DNA of 18,687 nucleotides from a virus. The stretch is taken from the IMG/VR virus record IMGVR_UViG_3300045988_107078, one strand, 5' to 3'. This document shows positions 1-5,632 of this stretch, piece by piece. How positions within the stretch are numbered: the stretch's first letter is position 1; each line of letters begins with the position of its first letter. A program made the position numbers and the translations under genes. The notes beneath the pieces were generated by a model. The model searched no databases and was not told the DNA's origin. It was given only the letters and a program-made list of their open reading frames with translations.

Positions 1-56
1 GCACCGAATAGATAACATTACACATCTCGTACACCATAGTAAGGAACAGCGACTAT

Positions 57-124
57 GACACTGTGTCAATGGTTGTATATGCAACATTCCATTGACGCTG
101 TGTCAATGGTTGTATATGCAACAT
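57..124 (+). repeat. Two 31-bp direct repeats inside ITR-L (57-87 and 94-124, period 37 bp, one mismatch)
   Basis: GACACTGTGTCAATGGTTGTATATGCAACAT versus GACGCTGTGTCAATGGTTGTATATGCAACAT. The first copy contains the palindrome TGACAC-T-GTGTCA. The junction forms CCATTGAC-GCTGT-GTCAATGG (89-109). Each unit can also form AATG(G)TTG-TATATG-CAACATT. Confidence 0.9.
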
Positions 125-130
125 CCTTAG

Positions 131-152
131 GTTACGGTTACGTAACCGTAAC
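131..152. promoter_or_regulatory. 22-bp perfect palindrome GTTACGGTTAC|GTAACCGTAAC, operator-like or origin-associated (mirror copy at 18536-18557)
   Basis: Perfect dyad symmetry read directly from the sequence. Each half contains a GTTAC(G) direct repeat. The site lies between the 31-bp repeats and the ITR promoter candidate. Its function is inferred only. Confidence 0.55.
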
Positions 153-270
153 TTAGTTGGGGTGTATTGTTAGATGTTTGTCTAAATATCTAACTGCCTA
201 CCGACCGGTATGTAGCTGTCTTTTATTGTTTTGCTGTGCTTTGTTTTTGGGCGTGTCTTCCGTTTGTTTG

Positions 271-279
271 TGTTATGCT
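271..279 (+). promoter_or_regulatory. TG-extended -10 promoter candidate in ITR-L (TGtTATGCT, preceded by TGTG)
   Basis: TGTGTTATGCT lies about 33 nt upstream of the ATG at 312. The SD GGGAAAGGA is at 297-305. There is no good -35, but the extended -10 motif recurs elsewhere in the genome. Confidence 0.45.
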
Positions 280-311
280 GTAGTTATCGAGTTCAAGGGA
301 AAGGAAATAAA

Positions 312-542
312 ATGAACACCGTTGTTTCGTTTGATTGGTGGCGCAATTCCGTCACGGTTGCGTTCGCTGATTATAATACCGCGCATTACTTCTCAATGGG
401 TAATGCCTTAACCGTCAAGGGTGTGAAGGAGCGCATGCGTCGTGAACTTCGTAAGGAGACTGGCGTGGAACTGTCCAATTTGAAGTACTGGAAAACGGAC
501 GGTTCCGTTGACTATTATCGTGCGAACAGGAAGGGCAAGTGA
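312..542 (+). CDS. Hypothetical early protein (76 aa), left terminal gene
   Basis: The ATG at 312 is preceded by GGGAAAGGA (297-305). The ORF-track start at 231 is a TTG inside the ITR and gives a Cys/Phe-rich extension that looks non-coding. I recognise no motif. Confidence 0.6.
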   Translation: MNTVVSFDWWRNSVTVAFADYNTAHYFSMGNALTVKGVKERMRRELRKETGVELSNLKYWKTDGSVDYYRANRKGK

Positions 543-628
543 TATGTTCGCTTCGGTGCTTGTTATTTGTGCGTGTGTTTTTGGTGTGGTTGTCGTTTTT
601 GGCATGGTTTAAGTCTGCTAGGTGGTGA

Positions 629-637
629 TGTTATAAT
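629..637 (+). promoter_or_regulatory. TG-extended -10 candidate (TGtTATAAT)
   Basis: Consensus extended -10, preceded by a G/T-rich tract resembling ITR 221-270. It overlaps the ATG at 636. The ATG at 645 lies 7 nt (638-644) after the hexamer, which fits a leaderless start. Confidence 0.3.
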
Positions 638-800
638 GATTGGCATGATCGTTGCCGTCTGCATTCTCTCTGTGCTGTTTCTCACGATGGTGGCTACGGT
701 GTTTTGCGAACTCCCGCGCAATGCGCGTGACGTTTTTTGTTTTTTGGTCATGCTTGCTGTAAGTGTGTCCATTGTGTTGGTTTTCATCTATGGTGTATGA
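636..800 (+). CDS. Small hydrophobic membrane protein (about 54 aa, two predicted TM segments)
   Basis: MIGMIVAVCILSVLFLTMVATVF...FCFLVMLAVSVSIVLVFIYGV. GGTGA lies 7 nt upstream of the ATG at 636. The start is uncertain (567 TTG, 636 or 645). Confidence 0.5.
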   Translation: MIGMIVAVCILSVLFLTMVATVFCELPRNARDVFCFLVMLAVSVSIVLVFIYGV

Positions 801-819
801 TCAGAAAGGGTGATTGAAA

Positions 820-1065
820 ATGCGTTATGGTGATATTTGTGTCGGAAAATTCAACAGCCCCCACATGGGGGGTGACGTGCGTATCGAATACTGCACGCAC
901 CAACACTTGTTTTACTTGGCGTATGATGTGGAATTTCATACGCCGGTAGGTTTGACTAGGGGGATTGCGCGGTGCGGCTATGACCCTACGAAAGCAAATG
1001 AAATGCGTGCTATGGTGTTGGACGCCATGGATATTGCATCCAAACCGCTTAAGAAAAGGGATTAG
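820..1065 (+). CDS. Hypothetical early protein (81 aa)
   Basis: The ATG at 820 lies 6 nt after AAAGGGTGA. The composition looks like a natural protein. The ORF-track start at 814 is a TTG. Confidence 0.6.
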   Translation: MRYGDICVGKFNSPHMGGDVRIEYCTHQHLFYLAYDVEFHTPVGLTRGIARCGYDPTKANEMRAMVLDAMDIASKPLKKRD

Positions 1066-1067
1066 CC

Positions 1068-1271
1068 GTGTATTTTCGTGGTTGGATACACTCGTGGATA
1101 TGCGGCACATGTCCGGACGCTGACAGTTATTGGCGACTGCGTGCGTTTTGGGCTGGAAGACAGCATAAGCGGAGCGCCACCAATCCGCCGAAACGGTGCC
1201 CCGATAGGCAATTGTGGGCGGCCATGTGGATATATGGTGACAGTGATTTTGTTGACGAACTGGAGTTTTAG
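1068..1271 (+). CDS. Hypothetical early protein (67 aa), frame uncertain
   Basis: The GTG at 1068 lies 6 nt after AAAAGGGA, and the stop is 2 nt before the next ATG (1274), which gives tight packing. The product is Trp-rich, and a competing frame (1078-1320) cannot be excluded. Confidence 0.3.
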   Translation: MYFRGWIHSWICGTCPDADSYWRLRAFWAGRQHKRSATNPPKRCPDRQLWAAMWIYGDSDFVDELEF

Positions 1272-1273
1272 GC

Positions 1274-1450
1274 ATGTACAGCACTTTCGTCGCTCTCGCA
1301 TATTTGAGGGATGCGCGTAAACCGCCTATCGAAGTCGGCTACGCGGCCTCGTATAAGGATGCGGCAGACTTGATTAAAAAGTGGGCGGCTATTCGTTCTC
1401 ATACGGAAAACATCTCATATTTTCGAGTCGAGGAACGGTATTATGTTTAG
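1274..1450 (+). CDS. Hypothetical early protein (58 aa), below the ORF-track length cutoff
   Basis: My own translation gives MYSTFVALAYLRDARKPPIEVGYAASYKDAADLIKKWAAIRSHTENISYFRVEERYYV. GGAG lies 8 nt upstream. The stop overlaps the next start in the sequence ATGTTTAG. Confidence 0.5.
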   Translation: MYSTFVALAYLRDARKPPIEVGYAASYKDAADLIKKWAAIRSHTENISYFRVEERYYV

Positions 1451-1973
1451 GCGCGGTGATGACAGGCGGCCTATCTGCCGCATGCGAGACTTCGACGATG
1501 CGATCATGGAAAGCAAACGTATCGTCCGTGCCACAAAGGGCCATAAGCGTGAGCTGAACTTGAAGCGGTTCGATATGGGGTTTGGTGATTTTGAAACGTG
1601 CTGCCGTGCCGTGAACATGTTGTGTGAGTTGTGGCGTGAAGCGCCTAGCGCATGGTTTACACAAGCGGTTATTGCTGTGTCGCAGATTTGCGGCAGTCTG
1701 ACTATGTGGGATGGACTTGCCGCCGCCCTTTCTCGTACTTTCGATGTGGAATATTTGGACGGCTCCATCAATCCGCCTAACCTGATTGCATGGTGTGCGG
1801 TGTGTGCGGTCAAGGGCGGCACGTCGTATGACTGTTGCACGATTTTCGACAACCCGCAAGCGCAAAACTTGATTATCGCCGTGTTTAAAAATTTTGACAG
1901 ACTGGACACGACACGGTATAATGACGATGAATTGCAAAAAATCTTACTGCAAGGGAGGCAAAAAATTGGCTAG
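1443..1973 (+). CDS. Hypothetical early protein (176 aa)
   Basis: The ATG at 1443 lies 7 nt after GAGGAACGG. It is the longest sensible frame. The antisense ORFs (1389-1937, 1415-1909) are Arg/His-rich shadow frames. Confidence 0.65.
   Translation: MFRRGDDRRPICRMRDFDDAIMESKRIVRATKGHKRELNLKRFDMGFGDFETCCRAVNMLCELWREAPSAWFTQAVIAVSQICGSLTMWDGLAAALSRTFDVEYLDGSINPPNLIAWCAVCAVKGGTSYDCCTIFDNPQAQNLIIAVFKNFDRLDTTRYNDDELQKILLQGRQKIG
1894..1922 (+). promoter_or_regulatory. Perfect consensus sigma-70-type promoter TTGACA-N17-TATAAT
   Basis: TTGACA at 1894-1899, a 17-nt spacer, and TATAAT at 1917-1922. It lies inside the 3' end of CDS 1443-1973, directly upstream of the replication cassette. Confidence 0.6.
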
Positions 1974-2280
1974 AACCAAAACCGATATATTTCGTACGCG
2001 CGTCTATGCCGTGCTCAAAGGCATGGAATTGGTGGACGGCGACTTCATGGAAGCCGAACATGTTATCGATGGACGCTTGAAGGATGCACGCGCGTATTCG
2101 ATTCGTGCGAAGAGACTGTTTCCGAACTTCATCCCGCGTTCCATTAACATTTTTTCACAAAAAGTCTCCATGAACGAGGAAACTTTCTACAAGTATGCAA
2201 CCTTTGAGGAACCGCAGAAGTGGGACCCAGAGGAACATACAAAACGGCACGCCGACGTTGAAAATAATGAAGACGTGTGA
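1966..2280 (+). CDS. Putative phi29 p6-like histone-like dsDNA-binding protein (104 aa)
   Basis: The TTG at 1966 lies 7 nt after a perfect AGGGAGG (1952-1958). The product has a basic N-terminus, a VDG(D/E) segment, a basic KR stretch, ETFYKYATF and an acidic tail. These line up by eye with my recollection of phi29 p6, which is also 104 aa. The gene sits just before the SSB, as in phi29. Alternative in-frame ATG starts are at 1921 and 1927. Confidence 0.5.
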   Translation: MARTKTDIFRTRVYAVLKGMELVDGDFMEAEHVIDGRLKDARAYSIRAKRLFPNFIPRSINIFSQKVSMNEETFYKYATFEEPQKWDPEEHTKRHADVENNEDV

Positions 2281-2341
2281 TATAAAAGATTTTAGGCATA
2301 AGCCTGAAAACAAATAACAACAATCCAGGAAAGGTTAAACA

Positions 2342-2776
2342 ATGGAAAACAACAATACCGCACTCGTCGCATTCAACACCGAAAACACCGAACTAGGCAC
2401 CGTCCAGCACTTCATCGACACCTCGACGCGCGAAGGCAAAATCAAGCTCTACAGCGCATTGCAGAACGCCGAAAAGCTCGACGAACATCTCAACGAGCCG
2501 CTGAACATGACGAATGCAGTCGCTCAGGCTGTGCAGGTGACCGACGACCAGACGGGAGAAATCTCCAACACCGTGCGCGTCATTATCGTGACCGACGACA
2601 ACAAGGCGTACGCGGCCACCTCCCCGACTCTCGCCGCCGGATTAAACACCATGTTCGGCATCTTCGGCACGCCGAACACTTGGACGGAACCGCTGTGCAT
2701 CAAGGTTGTCGAACGCCGTTCACGTCGTGGTTTCAAGTTTTTCAGCATTGAGCCGGTGGACGAAGAGGCGAAGTAA
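2342..2776 (+). CDS. Putative phi29 p5-like single-stranded DNA-binding protein (144 aa)
   Basis: Strong SD AGGAAAGG. Several segments resemble my recollection of phi29 p5: an N-terminal MENxN, GKIKLYSA, NAVAQAVQVTDD...TVRVIIVTDD...YAATS, and a C-terminal CIKVVERRSRRGFKFFSIE. The gene is in the syntenic position. Confidence 0.6.
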   Translation: MENNNTALVAFNTENTELGTVQHFIDTSTREGKIKLYSALQNAEKLDEHLNEPLNMTNAVAQAVQVTDDQTGEISNTVRVIIVTDDNKAYAATSPTLAAGLNTMFGIFGTPNTWTEPLCIKVVERRSRRGFKFFSIEPVDEEAK

Positions 2777-2779
2777 ACT

Positions 2780-2788
2780 TGCTATAAT
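2780..2788 (+). promoter_or_regulatory. TG-extended -10 candidate (TGcTATAAT)
   Basis: Begins 4 nt after the SSB stop (TAA 2774-2776). No convincing -35. Confidence 0.35.
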
Positions 2789-2807
2789 CGCAATGTGAGT
2801 TCACCAT

Positions 2808-2833
2808 GAGAGCACCCCTTGTTGGGTGCTCTC
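2808..2833 (+). promoter_or_regulatory. 10-bp GC-rich hairpin in the terminal protein leader (GAGAGCACCC-CTTGTT-GGGTGCTCTC)
   Basis: Perfect stem read from the sequence. There is no clear U-tract, so it may be a leaky terminator for SSB transcripts or a stabilising 5' hairpin. Confidence 0.3.
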
Positions 2834-2855
2834 TCTATCTGAAAGGACTGCAACC

Positions 2856-3917
2856 ATGTCACGGAAGAGGAAAAAACCAGCACCCCGCGCAGTCGTATCA
2901 CAGAACTATCGCACCCACCAAAAGCCGGATACCAGCAACATTGCCATCAAAGCCGATAGACAGCAACGCAAGCATATTAAGAAGATACAGGCCGCGCAAG
3001 CCCGCGCCGCACGTAATGTTACACAGCTTGGTTCGTACTCTCACTCGAATCTCGCCAAAACCGCGGACAAACAATTGGTCAACATCGCCAAAACGTTAGG
3101 CAAGGAGTGGGAGCGGCAGAAGAAGCAGGCCATAGCGGAAGCGAAGGCAACACCATACCATGCCGCCGCTGTCGAGAAGCCGACGAAGAAAGACTACATG
3201 TTCGCCCAGCGCACGCCGATCACGGACGCGCAGATTGACGCGGAGCCGGTGGCGAAACGACGTAAACTGCTCAGACAGCAGCAGCGGAAAATCAATGCGG
3301 CACGCCGGAAAATCAACGAATGGAACAAAGCTCAGGCCATGCCCGCGAAAAGCGTGTACGAGCAACGTGTAGCCGAGATCACCGGAACCACAGGCGAAGG
3401 TTTTGGACGCACTCAGATAATCCCGTCAAAGCTCACCGACTTCTTGCAAATGACGAACGTGCTGAGTGACGAAGCGTTCGTTCGCTCCCAATTGGAAAGT
3501 GGGCATCGTAACGAATTGCTGGAACAGATGCATGACGCCGCCGAAATACTGGGATTGCGCACCGAACGAAAAAGCAAACCGTCCAAAAAGATGGGAACGA
3601 GCAAACAGGCTAAAGACTTGTATGGTGAAAATGAATGGCCATCATACATGTCACGCGGACGTTATGAGGTGTTCGAGAAGATTTTAGCTACCACGCTTGG
3701 CTCGAAACGATTGAAACGATTTCGTAGCCTATCGGCAGCGCAAAAGAGGGCTTTTATCGAACAGACGGACGCACCACGTATTGTATTCGACTGGACGGTA
3801 TACGACCCCGTTCGTCACGGTTTCACATCGATATTTCGTGATAACAGCAAGGGCTATCAGCGCTCAAGACGGCAGTTTGATAGGTGGATGACGGAAGCGG
3901 GCGCGCTGGAAAAGTAG
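2856..3917 (+). CDS. Terminal protein candidate (353 aa)
   Basis: Lies immediately upstream of the protein-primed polymerase, in the phi29 gene 3 position. It has a very basic N-terminus (MSRKRKKPAPR) and a Lys/Arg/Gln-rich helical middle. The ATG at 2856 lies 8 nt after AAAGGA. I recognise no direct motif, so the call rests on synteny. Confidence 0.6.
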   Translation: MSRKRKKPAPRAVVSQNYRTHQKPDTSNIAIKADRQQRKHIKKIQAAQARAARNVTQLGSYSHSNLAKTADKQLVNIAKTLGKEWERQKKQAIAEAKATPYHAAAVEKPTKKDYMFAQRTPITDAQIDAEPVAKRRKLLRQQQRKINAARRKINEWNKAQAMPAKSVYEQRVAEITGTTGEGFGRTQIIPSKLTDFLQMTNVLSDEAFVRSQLESGHRNELLEQMHDAAEILGLRTERKSKPSKKMGTSKQAKDLYGENEWPSYMSRGRYEVFEKILATTLGSKRLKRFRSLSAAQKRAFIEQTDAPRIVFDWTVYDPVRHGFTSIFRDNSKGYQRSRRQFDRWMTEAGALEK

Positions 3918-3945
3918 CGGACGAGTAAGCAAGGGAAGTTGTACC

Positions 3946-5400
3946 ATGACCATGCAGCAAGATAAAAGAGTGGGATTATGGTGCGCTGATAACGTCATAC
4001 GATTTACGGACGGCACCGTCCTGCGTGATGTCACCGCACCTAACCGCCTTTTGGCGTCCATCATGTCAGGAGGTAAATTAACCGTTTACATGACTGACCC
4101 AGACATTTTAGACTCGTTCATAGCGCATGTCATACACTCCCTTCCTCACAACGAACACAACTCTAACATGAGTTGGGATGCTATAGTGTCGAAAAAAGGC
4201 AAGTTCTTCAGCTTCACGGTGCGTATCGACCGTGATAATTCCGCACGATTCTTCGACATATCGAATCTTTTGCGAGAGAATTGCCGTCTTACCATGACCG
4301 ACATGCAACTGCTCAACATTCTGCGTGAGTATGACAACCGTGGATTGTGCAAGATCACGGCGGGCGGTGCGAGCATGGAAGCGTTCGCGTCCGGCGAGTG
4401 GAAATGGTATTACGACAAATTTCCACAACTCGACTCGGATACGAAAAAGTCATTGCATGACGCCTATATCGGCGGTTTTATGTTGGTCAAAGAAGGTACT
4501 TATGGCAAGGCTATCGACGTTGACTGTAATTCCATGTATCCATCCATATTACGGGACGAGTGGCTGCCGTGGGGGGAACCCGAACCATACGAAGGCAGGT
4601 ACGAGGAAGATAGCGATATGCCGCTGCATTGTGATGAACTCACGTTTCGCGCGGAACTCAAACCGGACGGATACCCCTTTCTGTTCGACAACCGCAGCGT
4701 GTACGGACTGAACCGACTCACCTCAACACGCGGTTACATCACGCGCGTCTTGACCGACATTGACCAAGAACTGCTTTATCAGAATTATGAAGTGAGTGTC
4801 TACAAGCATGTAAGGGGGTGGAAGTTCAGGCGCTCCAAAGGTTTCTTCCGCTCGTTCATTGATGAATGGGGAGAATTAAAACAGAAAGCGACGGGCGAGA
4901 AACGGCAAATGGCGAAACTAATCATGAACGCCCTAGTAGGCAAAATGGCAAGTCTGCCAAAAGGCGCCGTCATGCTCCCACTCTCCAAAGACGGCATAAC
5001 CTTGGACTGGGATGTCGCACAACGTGAAGAATCGAATCTAAAAACCGACTATTTGCCCGTGCCGGTTTGGGTCAATGCTTATTCCCGCCGCAAGCTTATG
5101 GACGTGTGCTACGCCAACTCTGACCGAGTCTTGTACGCGAACACGGATGGTTGCATCCTGAGCGGTTGGGAACCGGTGAAATCATGTGACATACATCCAA
5201 CCGAACTCGGAAAATGGAAAATCGCCGCACGATACGAAAAACTGACTATCCTCGGAATGAACCGTTATCAGGGATGGCGTGATGACGGTGAAGTGGACGT
5301 CTGCATGGCCGGAAACATGTTTACGGAACCTATACCGTACGAGCAATTCCGGCATGGCACGCAAGTCATGGATGATTACGGCACAATGGTCATGCTATAA
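3946..5400 (+). CDS. Protein-primed family-B DNA polymerase, phi29 type, compact (484 aa)
   Basis: Motif A is DVDCNSMYP (4516-4542). Motif B is KLIMNALVGK (4915-4944). Motif C is YANTDG (5134-5151). A TPR2-like insertion lies between motifs B and C, and LGKWK...VCMAGN follows in the thumb. The protein aligns by eye along its length with phi29 gp2. Confidence 0.95.
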   Translation: MTMQQDKRVGLWCADNVIRFTDGTVLRDVTAPNRLLASIMSGGKLTVYMTDPDILDSFIAHVIHSLPHNEHNSNMSWDAIVSKKGKFFSFTVRIDRDNSARFFDISNLLRENCRLTMTDMQLLNILREYDNRGLCKITAGGASMEAFASGEWKWYYDKFPQLDSDTKKSLHDAYIGGFMLVKEGTYGKAIDVDCNSMYPSILRDEWLPWGEPEPYEGRYEEDSDMPLHCDELTFRAELKPDGYPFLFDNRSVYGLNRLTSTRGYITRVLTDIDQELLYQNYEVSVYKHVRGWKFRRSKGFFRSFIDEWGELKQKATGEKRQMAKLIMNALVGKMASLPKGAVMLPLSKDGITLDWDVAQREESNLKTDYLPVPVWVNAYSRRKLMDVCYANSDRVLYANTDGCILSGWEPVKSCDIHPTELGKWKIAARYEKLTILGMNRYQGWRDDGEVDVCMAGNMFTEPIPYEQFRHGTQVMDDYGTMVML

Positions 5401-5401
5401 T
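5393..5401 (+). promoter_or_regulatory. TG-extended -10 candidate (TGcTATAAT) overlapping the polymerase stop codon
   Basis: Same nonamer as at 2780. A weak -35-like aTGAtt lies 18 nt upstream. No ORF follows before the terminator at 5545. Confidence 0.4.
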
Positions 5402-5407
5402 AATCGA

Positions 5408-5576
5408 GTCTTGTGAGCGTCGATTCTCGACTGGGAGTAACATGAGTCGGATTGCCACGGCTGAAAACGCCGCCAACCATGAAATCATTGTCGTGGCGAC
5501 AATGCCCTACGATTTTCAACTTGCGCTCTGATAGGACAGTTAGACCTCCGCGTGATTGCGGGGGTCATTTTATTTT
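5408..5576 (+). ncRNA. Candidate non-coding RNA of about 170 nt (possible pRNA analogue)
   Basis: Bounded by an extended -10 (5393-5401) and an intrinsic terminator (5545-5576), with no SD-led ORF. Local hairpins are at 5419-5431, 5428-5449, 5458-5472 and 5486-5504. A possible closing helix pairs 5408-5417 with 5528-5537. The unit lies downstream of the polymerase gene in the same orientation, which is the phi29 pRNA position. Confidence 0.3.
5545..5576 (+). terminator. Rho-independent terminator ending the early region
   Basis: CCTCCGC-GTGATT-GCGGGGG (7 bp, one G-U pair) followed by TCATTTTATTTT. Confidence 0.7.
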
Positions 5577-5585
5577 CGTCGAGCA

Positions 5586-5594
5586 TGGTATAAT
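5586..5594 (+). promoter_or_regulatory. Late-operon promoter candidate (TGgTATAAT)
   Basis: Consensus extended -10, 10 nt after the early terminator and about 39 nt before the scaffold ATG. The SD AAGGAG is at 5620-5625. Confidence 0.55.
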
Positions 5595-5632
5595 TTTGAT
5601 GGAATTACCCTACCAACGTAAGGAGAATTTGC

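Larger units (their letters stand above)
1..305. repeat. Left inverted terminal repeat (ITR-L). 305 bp perfect, extendable to 315 with one mismatch at 306.
   Basis: I compared bases 1-305 block by block with the reverse complement of 18383-18687 and found no mismatch. The first mismatch is at 306 (A versus G). Bases 307-315 match again, and the sequences diverge from 316. Confidence 0.95.

Noticed and set aside
57-124. The 31-bp ITR repeats read as tandem promoters (TTGAC(A/G)-N15-TATATG)
   Set aside because: The spacer is too short and the -10 lacks the invariant final T. I consider them more likely to be protein-binding or origin elements.
60-150. Word-level resemblance of the ITR (TCAATGGT, CCATTG, ACGGTTAC) to the 5' part of phi29 pRNA as I remember it
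   Set aside because: It rests on memory of short words only. There is no supporting promoter or terminator geometry, and I cannot test a fold by hand. It is mentioned only as something a covariance-model scan of the whole genome would settle.
231-311. N-terminal extensions of both terminal ORFs into the ITR (MLCFVFGRVFRLFVLCCSYRVQGKG..., TTG start)
   Set aside because: The extension is identical at both ends only because it is ITR sequence. It is Cys/Phe/Val-rich from the G/T-rich DNA. A proper SD plus ATG lies at 297-314, so 312 and 18376 are the likelier starts.
784-1320. Alternative ORFs 784-1284 (-), 1062-1301 (-) and 1078-1320 (+)
   Set aside because: The - strand ORFs oppose the operon and overlap well-supported + genes with His/Arg-rich products. 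ORF 1078-1320 lacks an SD and overlaps the 1274 gene. It is kept only as an alternative to 1068-1271.
1389-1937. Two - strand ORFs (182 and 164 aa) antisense to CDS 1443-1973
   Set aside because: They have no SD, Arg/His/Cys-rich sequences, and an orientation opposite to every neighbouring gene.
2806-3372. Off-frame ORFs overlapping the terminal protein gene (2806-3099, 3096-3365 -, 3160-3372)
   Set aside because: These are Arg/Pro/Ser-rich shadow frames of a Lys/Arg/Gln-rich gene, with no start context.
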